From assembly GCA_963828165.1 (NCBI GenBank), contig CAWHDR010000001.1, positions 2,131,543-2,195,542 on the forward strand: a DNA stretch of 64,000 nucleotides. Reading direction: 5' to 3'. Positions 16,693 through 26,822 of this stretch are shown here, piece by piece. A program made the translations under genes and the position numbers. This DNA is from an uncultured Chloroflexia bacterium (GTDB lineage Bacteria; Chloroflexota; Limnocylindria; Limnocylindrales; CSP1-4). Within the stretch, counting starts at the first letter, position 1, and every line of letters starts with the position of its first letter. Below the pieces are notes generated by a model. The model had not been told where the DNA came from, did no database searches, and saw only the letters and a program-made list of their open reading frames with translations.

Positions 16693-17847
16693 GTGGCGCG
16701 CACCGAATTCCCGTCCAAGGCGACCCACGCCCAGACCCGCGCCCACAACGCGGCCCTGGTCCTGCGCGCGCTCTACGACCTGGGTCCGATCAGCCGCGCC
16801 GACATCGCCCGGCTGACGGGCCTGACGCGAACCAGCGTCGGCGAGCTGGTCGCGGACCTGGAGCGGGACGGCCTGGCCCAGGACGTCGGCCGCGGCCCGA
16901 GCACCGGCGGCAAGCAGCCGACCCTCGTCGCCCTCAAGGACGACGCTCGAAGTGTCGTCACGCTCGACCTCGGCGAGCGCACCTTCACCGCCGCCCTCGC
17001 GAACCTGCGCGGGGAGCTCACCACGAAACGCACCCGCGAGCTCGAGGGCCGTGATGGCCAGCAGGCCGTCCAGCTCGTCCACGAGCTCATCGACGACGTC
17101 CGGCGTGAGGCCACGAGCCCCCTCCTCGGCATCGGGGTCGGCACGCCGGGCGTGGTCGACGCGGACGGCACGATCCGCTGGGCGGTCAACCTCGACTGGC
17201 AGGACCTGCCGCTCGCGCGCATCCTCGAGGAGCGCCACGGCCTACCGGCGGTCGTCGCCAACGACTCGCGCGCCGCCGCCCTCGCGACGTACCTCTTCGG
17301 TGGCGACGAGCGGCCGCAGAACCTCGTCGTCATCAAGGTCGGTCGCGGCGTCGGTGCCGGCATCATCCTGCGCGACCAGCTGTTCGGTGGCGACGGTGAT
17401 GGCGCGGGCGAGATCGGGCATGTCGTCGTCGACCCGGACGGCATCGAATGCCATTGCGGGCGCTTCGGCTGCCTCGAGACCGTGGCCAGCGTGCCGGCCG
17501 TCGTCCGCGCCGCCGGAACGGCCTCGTTCGGGGAACTCGTCGATCGCACCACCGCCGGCGACGACCGCGTCCTCCCCGTGGTCCTCGCCGCCGGCCGAGC
17601 GATCGGTGCAGCCATCGCCGGGCTGAGCGGTGCCCTCGATGTCCGCAACATCACGATCGTCGGCAGCGCGACCGCGCTTGGTGATCGGTGGTTCGCGGCG
17701 ATCCGGGATGAGGCCGGCCGCCGCAGCCTGGGCACGCTGGCGCGCGACACTCGGATCATCGACGGCGGCACCGGCGAGGACGTGACGCTGCTCGGCGCGT
17801 GTGCGCTGCTGCTCACCCGCGAGCTCGGCCTGACGGTGCATCGATGA
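16693..17847 (+). CDS. ROK family transcriptional regulator
   Basis: N-terminal wHTH (NAALVLRALYDLGPISRADIARLTGLTRTSVGELVADLERDG) plus ROK sugar-binding domain with zinc motif GHVVVDPDGIECHCGRFGCLET. Confidence 0.85.
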   Translation: MARTEFPSKATHAQTRAHNAALVLRALYDLGPISRADIARLTGLTRTSVGELVADLERDGLAQDVGRGPSTGGKQPTLVALKDDARSVVTLDLGERTFTAALANLRGELTTKRTRELEGRDGQQAVQLVHELIDDVRREATSPLLGIGVGTPGVVDADGTIRWAVNLDWQDLPLARILEERHGLPAVVANDSRAAALATYLFGGDERPQNLVVIKVGRGVGAGIILRDQLFGGDGDGAGEIGHVVVDPDGIECHCGRFGCLETVASVPAVVRAAGTASFGELVDRTTAGDDRVLPVVLAAGRAIGAAIAGLSGALDVRNITIVGSATALGDRWFAAIRDEAGRRSLGTLARDTRIIDGGTGEDVTLLGACALLLTRELGLTVHR

Positions 17848-18827
17848 CGGGCATCGTCGCCGGCATCGACATCGGCGGCACGAAGATCGCGGTCCTCATC
17901 GTCGACGCCGAGGGCGAGGTCCGGGGTCGGGCCACCCACGCCGCATCCGTCGGCGACCAGGCCGGTGCCGCCTCCGCCATCGCCGCCGCACTCGACGAGG
18001 CCCTCGCGGCCGCCGGCCTGCAGCGCCACGACCTCGACGCGATCGGTGTCGGCGTCCCAGGTCGGGTGGATCCCGTGGCCGGCCACGTGACGCTCGCCGT
18101 CAACCTGGGCTGGACCGACTTCGACCTCCGCGGCGCACTGGAAGCGGAGTTGGGACGACCGGTCGTGATCGAGAACGACGCGCGAGCCGCCGCGCTCGGC
18201 CTGCACCGGCGTCGCGTCGCCGATGGGCCCGACCGCCTCAACGGCAGCGATCTCGCCTACCTCGCCGTCGGCACCGGGATCGCGGCCGGCGTCGTGCTCG
18301 ATGGCCGGCTCCACCGTGGCACTCGCGGCCTCGCCGGCGAGATCGGGCACGCCATCGTCGACCCGCTCGGTCCAACCTGCGCCTGCGGCCAGTCGGGCTG
18401 CCTCGAGGCCTTCGCCTCTGGCCCATCCATCGCCCGGCGAGCCACCGCGGCCGGCATGGGGGCCGGGACCGCGAAGGACGTCTACGCCGCCGCGGGCGGC
18501 GGCGATCCCACCGCTCGCGAGCTCGTCGACGACGTCGGTCGCCGGCTGGCCTGGGCGGTCCACCTCCTGGTCATGACCTACGACGTCGATCACGTCGTCG
18601 TCGGTGGTGGCGTGTCGCACGCGGGCTCCGCATTCTCGGAGCCCATCCATCGAGAGCTCGAGCGCCTGCGTGCCGTCTCGAGCCAGGCCGGCGAGCTGCT
18701 GCCGGCCCACATCGTCGCGGTCCTGCCACCCGAGGCCGAGCCCGGGGCGTGGGGAGCCGTCGCCGTGGCCAGTGCCGTCCGGGATCCGGATCGGCTGAGG
18801 GGAACGGAGGTGGTCCGTCACGCCTGA
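17844..18827 (+). CDS. ROK family sugar kinase (glucokinase-like)
   Basis: ATG 17844 overlaps the upstream stop (ATGA). GIDIGGTKIAV ATP motif, GEIGHAIVDPLGPTCACGQSGCLEA zinc motif. Confidence 0.85.
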   Translation: MTGIVAGIDIGGTKIAVLIVDAEGEVRGRATHAASVGDQAGAASAIAAALDEALAAAGLQRHDLDAIGVGVPGRVDPVAGHVTLAVNLGWTDFDLRGALEAELGRPVVIENDARAAALGLHRRRVADGPDRLNGSDLAYLAVGTGIAAGVVLDGRLHRGTRGLAGEIGHAIVDPLGPTCACGQSGCLEAFASGPSIARRATAAGMGAGTAKDVYAAAGGGDPTARELVDDVGRRLAWAVHLLVMTYDVDHVVVGGGVSHAGSAFSEPIHRELERLRAVSSQAGELLPAHIVAVLPPEAEPGAWGAVAVASAVRDPDRLRGTEVVRHA

Positions 18828-18888
18828 CCCCGCCGCGCACCGTCGGAACGAACGACCCCACGTGAAAGAAGGAGTTCAAGGAGGAGTG

Positions 18889-20290
18889 ATGCACACCAAG
18901 CGAACCATGGCACTGGCCCTGGCGGCGATCCTCGCCGTCATGGCCTGCACCCCCGCAGTCGCCCCGTCGGCGAGCGCGCCGGCCTCGCAGCCGCCCGCGT
19001 CCCAGCCGCCGGCCAGCACGGAACCCTCGGCACCCGCCGCGTCTCCGTCGGAGGCGGCACTCGCCGTTGATCCGGCCGAAGCCGTCATCCCGAACGTCGA
19101 GCCCAACGCGGAGATCGGCTTCTGGACGTTCTTCCTGTCGCCGACCTTCGACGGGTACATCGCCGAGACGATCGCCCGCTTCGAGGCCACGTACCCCGGC
19201 GTCAAGGTCAACTGGGAAGACCATCAAGGCACCTTCCAGGAGGACCTCAACAACGCGTTCTCCGCGGGCAACGCACCCGACGTCATCAACCTGTCGGTCG
19301 GTGAGGGCTGGGTCGCGGACTACGCCAGCCGAGGCGTCCTTCTGGACCTCGATGCGAGCGTGCCCCAGGAAGTCAAGGACATCTACTTCGAGGGTCTCTG
19401 GAAGTCGCAGCTGGTGGACGGCAAGAACTTCCAGTTCCCGTGGTACCAGGGCATCGCGGTCGAGCTCATCAACAAGCGCATCTACGAAGAGGGCGCCGGG
19501 CTGGCCGTCGCCGATTTCCCGAAGACGACGGATGGCCTGCCGGCCGTCTGCAAGACCATCAAGGACAAGACCGGGGCGCTGTGCGACGTCCGCCTCACGG
19601 TCAACGACCTGCTCGCGCAGATGACCTACGAGGGCGACGTCGACGTCCTTGCCGCCGACGGCAAGAGCTTCACCTTCGACTCCGCCGCTGGCGTCGAGTG
19701 GCTGCAGATGTACGTGGACATGGTCAAGGAAGGCAGCGTCGACACCGCCGCGCTGACCACGGCGGAAGACCGCGTCGGCCTGCTGATCTTCTCGGCCGGG
19801 CAGGCGCCGTTCTACCAGACCGGCCCGAACCTCATCCGCGAGGTCAAGTCGAACAACGCCGTCGCTCTACGAGGATCTGGCCGTCGTGCCCGCGCCCGTC
19901 GGCAAGTCCGGCGTCGTCGGCAAGGGCTCGATGGGCATCTCGGTCAAGGGAGACACCAAGTTCCCGAACGCGTCCATCGCGCTCGCGCAGTTCTTCACGA
20001 ACCCGCGGAGCATGGTCGATTTCGCCAAGCAGGTGGCCGTCTACCCGTCGTCCGCGGCGGCCTATGACGACCCGTTCTTCAGCTCGCAGCCCGAGCTGAT
20101 CGAGGACAGCGCGCGCCCGATCGCCAGGGACATCGTGTCCAAGTACGCCGACATCGTCCCGACGGTGCCCAAGAAGGCGGACGTCAACGCGATCGTGCTC
20201 GACGCCATCGAGTCCGCGCTCTTCAACGACGTGCCGGCTCAGCAGGCGCTGACCGACGCCGTCGCGGAGGCGAACAAGCTGATCGAATAG
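18889..20290 (+). CDS. ABC transporter sugar-binding lipoprotein, one frame break (about 19862)
   Basis: ATG 18889 behind AAGGAGGAG; lipobox LAVMAC. ORF 18862..20067 continues in the +1 frame as ORF 19886..20290 (...SNNAV / LYEDLAVVPAPVGKSG...). Confidence 0.8.
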
Positions 20291-20313
20291 CGACTGGCTC
20301 CGCCCGTCACCCT

Positions 20314-20343
20314 GGCCCGCCTCCCGTCCCCCGGGGGCGGGCC
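20314..20343 (+). other. intercistronic GC-rich stem-loop after the binding-protein gene
   Basis: GGCCCGCC (20314-21) pairs with GGCGGGCC (20336-43); no U-tract, so more likely an mRNA-stabilising or attenuating hairpin than a full terminator. Confidence 0.35.
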
Positions 20344-20382
20344 AGTCCACCGTCACAAGGCTCGTACCATCAGGACCGACCG

Positions 20383-21263
20383 ATGACCCGGAAGCGCTCG
20401 ATCACGCCGTACCTGTTCCTGTTGCCCGCGCTGGCCCTGCTGGGCGTGTTCGTCGTGTACCCGATCATCGCGGTCGTCTACTACAGCTTCACCGACTACG
20501 ACATCATCCGGCCGCCGGTCTTCGCCGGCCTCGACAACTACCAGCGCCTGATCGAGGACGAGACGTTCTGGCTGGCGCTGACGCACTCGTTCGTCTACCT
20601 GCTGGTCACCCCGATCCTCATCGTGCTGTCGATCGCGCTCGCCATCGTCGTCAACCGCAAGCTGCGCGGGATCCACCTCTACCGGGCGCTGTACTTCGTG
20701 CCCGCGGTCAGCGGCAGCATCGCCATCGGGCTGTCGTGGCGCTGGCTGTTCGACCGGACCGGGTTCATCAACGGCGTGCTCCAGTCATGGGGCGTCATCG
20801 ACCAGCCGGTCCAGTGGCTCACGACGCCGTCGCTCGTGCTGCCGATCGCGATGATGCTCACGATCTGGGCGGGCATCGGCTACTACGCGGTCATCTTCCT
20901 GGCCGGGCTCCAGAACGTGAACGAGGAGCTGTACGACGCGGCCCGCATCGACGGCTGCACCGACCTCCAGAAGCACCGCTACGTCAGCGTCGCCGGCGCT
21001 CCGCCCGCAGATCGTGTTCGTGGCGGTCATCTCGAGCCTCGCCGCGCTCAAGGTCTTCGACGAGATCTACGTCCTCACGAACCGGACCGGCGGCATCCTC
21101 GATAGCGGGCGTGACGATGGTCTTCTACCTGTGGCAGCAGGCCTTCCAGCGCAGCAACGCGGGCTACGCATCGGCGATCGCGATCGCGCTGCTGGTCGTG
21201 ACCTTGGCGTTCTCGATCGTCAACGTCCGGCTGCTCGAGCGCGGGGGCCAGGGCGAGGGATGA
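20383..21263 (+). CDS. ABC sugar transporter permease (MalF/UgpA type), two frame breaks (about 20991 and 21103)
   Basis: ORF 20383..21105, then ORF 21014.. (PALRPQIVFVAVISSLAALKVFDEIYVLTN), then the tail of ORF 20736..21263 (VTMVFYLWQQAFQRSNAGYASAIA). Each step is +1. Confidence 0.8.
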
Positions 21264-21279
21264 GCGACGTGCGCGCCCG

Positions 21280-22181
21280 TTGTCCACGCCGCTGGCGTCG
21301 TCGCTGACGGCGGGCGAAGCGGCCGAGGGCGCTTCTCGTCGGCGGGCACGGCGGCGCGGTCGCTGGCTGCGCGATGGCGGCTGGTATGCCGTGCTGTCCG
21401 CGCTCGCCGTGGTCACGGTCTTCCCGTTCGTGTGGATGCTGCTGACCTCGCTCAAGGGTCCGGCCGACGTCATCACCTCGGTGCCGCCGCAGTTCCTGCC
21501 GAACGACCCGACGCTCGCGAACTACGCCAAGGTGCTGGGACAGCCTGCCGATCGCGAGCTTCTTCCTCAACAGCGCCACGGTCGCCGTCGCGACGGGGCT
21601 GCTGAACGTGCTGGTCGCGGCGCTGGCCGCGTACCCGCTGGCGAAGATGCGGTTCCTGGGCCGCGAGGCGATCTTCTACGCCCTGCTGGCGACGCTGATC
21701 GTGCCGGCCCAGCTGACCTACATCCCGAGCTTCGTCCTGGCGGTCAACGTCTTCGGCTACTACGACTCGCTGCCGGCGCTGATCTTCCCGAACATCGTGA
21801 GCGCCTTCAACATCTTCCTGCTGCGCCAGGCGTTCCGCGGCGTGCCCGAGCGACCTGATCGATGCCGCCCGCGTCGACGGGGCGGGGGAGTGGCGGATCT
21901 GGTGGTCGATCCTGCTGCCGATCGTCCGGCCGTCGCTGGCCGCGGTCGCGATCTTCACGTTCGTCACGTCGTGGAACGACTTCCTGTGGCCGTCGCTGAT
22001 GCTGCACACGCCCGAGGGCATGACGCTGCCGGTCGGCCTGGCCGCGCTGCAGGGGTTCTTCGCCTCCGACTTCCGGTCGATCGCGGCGGGCGTGACGATG
22101 ACGGTCGTGCCGATCCTGCTGTTCTTCATCGTGGTCCAGCGCTACTTCGTGCGGGGCCTGGCGGGGGCGGTGAAGGGGTGA
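21280..22181 (+). CDS. ABC sugar transporter permease (MalG/UgpE type), two frame breaks (about 21538 and 21849); start uncertain
   Basis: ORF 21280.. (VFPFVWMLLTSLKG), then ORF 21608.. (DSLPIASFFLNSATVAV...IFLLRQAFRGVP), then ORF 21999..22181 (SDLIDAARVDGAGEWRIWWSILLP...VVQRYFVRGL). Confidence 0.75.
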
Positions 22182-23824
22182 CTGTCGTCGATCCTGGGCC
22201 GGGTGATGCTCGCGTTCGAGGGGGAGGTGCTGCCCGGCCCGGATCGCCGAGCGCGCTCGCGGCGGCGCCGGCGGCGGGGATGACGCTGTTCCGGTATCAC
22301 AACGTCCGGTCTCCGGGTCAGGTCCTGGAGCTGACCTCCGCTTTCCAGCGAGCGGGCGCGGCGGACCCCCACGCCGCGCCCGCCGACGTCCCGGGTCCCT
22401 CGCCGATGCTCGTCGCGGCCGACCAGGAGGGCGGCCAGTTCATCGGCCTCGGTGACGGGCTCGACGGCGTTCGCCGGGAACATGGCCCTGGGCGCGGTCG
22501 ACGATGCGGCGCTCACGGAGCGGGTCGGGCACGCGATCGGTACCGAGGCCCGAGCGATGGGCGTCAACGTGGTCTACGCGCCGGTCCTGGATCTCGCCAC
22601 GGACCCCGCCAACCCGGCGCTCGGGATCCGGTCGTTCGGCGACTCGCCTGAGGCAGTCGGGCGCGCATGGGGCCGCGATGGTCCGCGGCCTCCAGGCGGC
22701 CGGGGTGGCCGCCACGGTCAAGCACGCCCCGGGGATGGGGCACATCTCGAGCGATACGCACCACGGCCTGGCGGTCGTCTCGGCGGCACGCGTTCCGTGC
22801 TGGACGACCGCGAGTTCGTGCCGTTCCGTGCCGCGCTTCGCGGCCGGGGCCCGGCTCGCGATGTCGGGGCACATGGCGCTGCCGGCCGTGACCGGTCGCG
22901 ACGACCTGCCCGGGACGCTGTCGCGGGCCGTGATGACCGACCTGCTGCGGCGCGATCTCGGCTTCGAGGGAGTGACGATCTCCGACGCGCTCGACATGCG
23001 GGCACTCGCCCAGGGCCCGGCCCAGGTCGCTCGACGTCATCGCGGCCGTCCGGGCGGGCGTCGACCTGTTGCTCGCCGTCGGCCGATCCCGAGGCGCTGG
23101 CCCGTATCGAGGAGACGCTCGTCCGGGCCGTGGCCCGCGAGCTGCTCGATCCGGCCGAGGTGGCTGCCACGGAACGTCGTGTGGCCGCGCTCCGGGCGTG
23201 GCTCGGCTCGGCCGGGCCGGCACCGGACCTGTCGGTCGTCGGCTGCGCGGAGCACCGCGGCCCTCGCCGACGGAGCTCGCCGCCCGCTCGATCACGCTCG
23301 TCCGCGACCCGGCGCGGGCTCCTGCCGCTGCTCCGCGCGAGTCCGGCCCGATCCTCGCCGTCATGCCGCGCCCGGCCGACCTCACCCCGGCCGACACCTC
23401 CTCGACCGTCGCACCCGTGCTCGCCGCCGCGCTGCGCCGCCATTTCCGGGACGTCGACGAGATCGTCGTGGACCAGACCCCGGACCACGGCTCGATCGCC
23501 GCCGTGCGCGACCGGGCGGCAGCCGCTCGCGCCGTGGTCATCGGCACGATCGACGGCCATCGCCAGCCCTCCCAGATCGACCTGGTCCAGGCGATCGCCT
23601 CCACCGGCACGCCGGTCATCGCCGTCGCGCTGCGCGGCCCGTGGGACGTCGCGGCGTACCCCGCCAACGTCACGGCCCTCGCGACCTACTCCATCCTGCC
23701 CGCGTCGCTCGATGCCCTCGCCGCGGTCCTCGCCGGCCAGGCCGAGGCGCCCGGTCGCCTGCCCGTCCGCGAGGGGGCGATGACGCCCCGGCCGCCTGCC
23801 GGCCAGACCACCCTGGGACGATGA
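22178..23824 (+). pseudogene. glycoside hydrolase family 3 (beta-N-acetylhexosaminidase/NagZ-like), about a dozen frame breaks (pseudogene or assembly indels)
   Basis: GTG 22178 overlaps the permease stop (GTGA). Conserved pieces are spread over all three frames: LGRVMLAFEGEVLP, MLVAADQEGGQF, NMALGA..GVNVVYAPVLDL, VKHAPGMGH..DTHHGL, EFVPFRAAL, GFEGVTISDALDM, SITLVRDP, VIAVALRGPWD. Confidence 0.75.
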
Positions 23825-23888
23825 CGCCCGCGTCGACCTGCCGTCCGGACCGGCCTCGGACGATCACGCCCGCGTCGACGCCGAGCCC
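23779..23888. repeat. 41-42-bp tandem repeat x2.6 spanning the GH3 stop codon
   Basis: GATGACGCCC..CCTGCCG.CC.GACC..CCT.GGAC units at 23779, 23820 and 23862 (partial), about 75% identical. It abuts element copy B with no spacer. Confidence 0.7.
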
Positions 23889-24088
23889 AACTCCGCCAGA
23901 TGTATCGCCCATGGAACGTACGGCGGGGAATCGATGCTCGATCGGACCTGACCGGGTCGCATCTTGGCCCGTCGCCAGCGGGACCGTGCACGATCCGAGC
24001 GTCGGCAGCCACTCGAGGGTCCTCGGCGGGGTCGCTGCAGGCGGTCGAGTCCGCCTAACGTTCCCGCGGAGGCACATCTGGCGGAGTC
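23889..24088. mobile_element. 200-bp MITE-like element / long palindromic repeat, copy B
   Basis: Left arm AACTCCGCCAGATGTATCGCCCATGGAACGTACGGCGG (23889-23926). Reverse complement of the right arm (24051-24088) is GACTCCGCCAGATGTGCCTCCGCGGGAACGTTAGGCGG. Interior is unrelated to copy A. Confidence 0.55.
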
Positions 24089-24158
24089 CTGATCGTCATG
24101 GCGGTCGAATGACCGGCGGCGCCCTGCACGGCCCCACGCGGTCTGACACCATCGGGTC

Positions 24159-25196
24159 ATGAGCCTGCGCGACGAGATCCTCGAGCAGCCCGAGGTCGCC
24201 GCCCGTTTCCTCCGCCGCGCGCCCGAGGTCGTCGGCCCGCTGGCCGACGCGATCCGCGCGCGCGACGTCGATCATGTCGTCATCGCCGCCCGCGGTACCA
24301 GCGACCACGCGGCGATCTATGCCCAGTACGTGCTCGGTGTCCGCCACGCGCTGTCAGTCGGGCTGAGTGCGCCGTCGGTGATCTCGTTGTACGGCGCGGA
24401 GCCGCGGCTCGATCGGTCGCTCGTCGTGGGCATCAGCCAGTCGGGCGCTTCGCCGGATGTCGTCGCGGTCATCGAGGCGGGGCGCCGTCACGGCGCGCCG
24501 ACGCTGGCCATCACGAACGACCCGGACTCGGCGCTCGCGAACGCCGCGGAGACGACCATCGACCTCGGCGCGGGGCCGGAGCTCGCGATCGCCGCGACGA
24601 AGACGTACACGACCGAGCTCCTGGCGGTCGCTGCCCTGTCGGCGGCGATGTCGCGCGACCCGGCCGACGCGACGGCGCTCGCCGCGATCCCGGATGCCCT
24701 CGCCGGCGCCCTCGCCCTCGAACCCGATGTCGAGACGATGGCGGCCGAGCAAGCGGATGCCGATCGGCTGCTCGTCCTCGCGCGCGGCTACGAATACGCG
24801 ACCGCGCGCGAATGGGCCCTCAAACTCAAGGAACTGGCGCGAGTGTTCGCCGACCCGTACTCGGCCGCCGACTTCGAGCACGGGCCGCTCGCCCTGCTCG
24901 AGCCCGGCGTTCCGGTCCTCGCAACGGTCCGGCCCGGCCCGACGTACACGTCGCTGGTGGCGTTGCTGCGGCGGCTACGGGCGGATCTCGAGGCCGACCT
25001 CGCGATCGTGTCGGACGCCGACGACGCGCTGGCGCTCGCGCGGTGGCCGTTCCGCTTGCCGTCTGGCACCCCGGAATGGCTCGGGCCGATCGTCTCGATC
25101 GTCGTCGGGCAGCTCCACGCGCTCTACCTGACGCGCGCTCGCGGCCACGACCCGGAGGTGCCGCGCAACCTCAACAAGGTGACCCGGACGCGCTGA
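24159..25196 (+). CDS. SIS domain sugar-phosphate isomerase/deaminase (GlmS C-terminal-like)
   Basis: Two SIS modules; HVVIAARGTSDHAA and VVGISQSGASPDVV motifs. Positioned after the GH3 gene in the amino-sugar locus. Confidence 0.85.
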   Translation: MSLRDEILEQPEVAARFLRRAPEVVGPLADAIRARDVDHVVIAARGTSDHAAIYAQYVLGVRHALSVGLSAPSVISLYGAEPRLDRSLVVGISQSGASPDVVAVIEAGRRHGAPTLAITNDPDSALANAAETTIDLGAGPELAIAATKTYTTELLAVAALSAAMSRDPADATALAAIPDALAGALALEPDVETMAAEQADADRLLVLARGYEYATAREWALKLKELARVFADPYSAADFEHGPLALLEPGVPVLATVRPGPTYTSLVALLRRLRADLEADLAIVSDADDALALARWPFRLPSGTPEWLGPIVSIVVGQLHALYLTRARGHDPEVPRNLNKVTRTR

Positions 25197-25409
25197 ACCG
25201 ACCCGCCCGACCGCGCTCGGGCATCCGACCTATCTCGCGCGAGGGTGAGACCGAGGCGCCGGCGGCGCGAGACGCCGTCGAGCGACGGCGCGGTGTGGAC
25301 CCGAACGCTGTGCCTCCCTGGGCGACGCGGCCGCGTCACTGAAACCTTCCGGCCCGCCGCGGTCTCAGAGAAGCAGTGAGTCCTGTCGCCCGTCCCCGGA
25401 GGTCCGTCC

Positions 25410-26792
25410 GTGCGTTCCGTCGTCCCGCCCGCCTCGTCCCGTCGCCGCATCCGCCTCGTGCTGGGCTTCGCGGCGATGATCTACGCCGTGTCCGTCGTGG
25501 GAGTCGCGACCGTCGTCGCCCACGACTTCGACGTCGGGACACCCGACGTGACGATCACGATCCGATCCGGCCTGAGTGACCGCGACGTGCGCGTGTCGGT
25601 CGGCGACGTCGTCCGATTCGTGAACCGCGACGACGATCGTCACCGGATGCGGTCACGCTCGGGGCAGGAGTTCGATACGGGGAACCTGGAGCCTGGCGAC
25701 TCGTACCAGGTGCGCCTGTCGGTCGCGGGCACGTACGCCTACCTGGATGAGCGGAACGATGACGCGGCCGCGTACCGCGGGCGGATCGTGGTCGTCTCGG
25801 GCTCGGGCTCGGGTGGTGGTTCGGCGGGGGGCACGACCCCGCCGTCAGGCGGCTCGGCGGGCGGTTCGGCCGGCGGTGGCGCGGCGTCCAGCGCGACGAT
25901 GACGATCGGTGACGACTTCTATGACCCGACATCGGTGCGGATCGCGGTCGGTGGCACGGTCGAGTTCCGGAACAGCGGCGGCGACGAGCATTCCGCGACG
26001 TCCTCCGCGTTCGACACCGGGGTCCTGGGCAGCGGCGCGTCGGTCAGGAAGACGTTCCCGTCCGCCGGCACGTTCGCGTTCCTGTGCATCTTCCATTCCG
26101 ATATGCGCGGCACGATCGAGGTCGTGGCCCCGGACGGGGGCGGCGATCTGACCGAACCGGACGCCCCGCGCCCCACCCCGACCCCGACGCCATCCGCGGT
26201 GCCCGCGCCGGCCGCCGACCCCACGCCGAAGCTGGTCGGTGCTCCGTTCCAGGTGTCCGTGGACGCCGCCGATTTCGCGTTCCGTCCCGCGACCATCGAG
26301 GTCGCAGCCGGGGGCCGGGTCACCTGGACGAATCGGGGCGTGGCTCCGCATTCGGTCACGGCGAAGGACGGCGCGTTCGACAGCGGGATGCTCGAGCGTC
26401 GCGCGACGTTCGCGCGGACCTTCGCGACGGCGGGCTCGTATGCCTACCTCTGTGCGTTCCACCCCGAGATGACCGCGACCGTGCGGGTCGTGGCGGCCAC
26501 CTCGGGGAATGGCGCGAGCGCCGCGGTCGACCCGGCGGCGGCCGGTGGCAGGGCGACCGAGTCGGTGGCACCGAGCGCCGACGCGGCGGCAGTTGGCGAG
26601 GCGGCGCCCTCCGATGCGGCAGACCCACCCACGGAGGTGCCCGCCACCCAGGTCGCCGCCGACGGCAACCCAGCCACCGACGTCTCGAGCCTGGCCGGCA
26701 TCGTGCTCACGGTAACGCTCGTGTCCGCGGCCGCCGCACTCTTCTCGAGGGTTGTTCGCGGCACGGTGCGCGACCCCGGTCGAAGCGACTGA
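25410..26792 (+). CDS. membrane-anchored protein with three cupredoxin (amicyanin/plastocyanin-like) domains
   Basis: GTG 25410 behind CCGGAGG; signal/TM. Domains 2 and 3 carry type-1 Cu ligands (DEHSAT...FLCIFHSDM; APHSVT...YLCAFHPEM). Domain 1 lacks the Cys. C-terminal TM LAGIVLTVTLVSAAAALF. Confidence 0.75.
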   Translation: MRSVVPPASSRRRIRLVLGFAAMIYAVSVVGVATVVAHDFDVGTPDVTITIRSGLSDRDVRVSVGDVVRFVNRDDDRHRMRSRSGQEFDTGNLEPGDSYQVRLSVAGTYAYLDERNDDAAAYRGRIVVVSGSGSGGGSAGGTTPPSGGSAGGSAGGGAASSATMTIGDDFYDPTSVRIAVGGTVEFRNSGGDEHSATSSAFDTGVLGSGASVRKTFPSAGTFAFLCIFHSDMRGTIEVVAPDGGGDLTEPDAPRPTPTPTPSAVPAPAADPTPKLVGAPFQVSVDAADFAFRPATIEVAAGGRVTWTNRGVAPHSVTAKDGAFDSGMLERRATFARTFATAGSYAYLCAFHPEMTATVRVVAATSGNGASAAVDPAAAGGRATESVAPSADAAAVGEAAPSDAADPPTEVPATQVAADGNPATDVSSLAGIVLTVTLVSAAAALFSRVVRGTVRDPGRSD

Positions 26793-26822
26793 AGGGCCTG
26801 GCCACCGGACCGATCGTCGGGG

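Noticed and set aside
16773-18821. 682-aa ORF on the minus strand
   Set aside because: It is antisense to both ROK genes, which have strong family motifs. Its product is Ser/Arg/Pro/Ala low complexity.
25845-26462. Several 140-260-aa ORFs overlapping the cupredoxin gene in other frames or on the other strand
   Set aside because: They are Arg/Gly/Pro-rich shadow ORFs. The three repeated cupredoxin domains identify the true frame.
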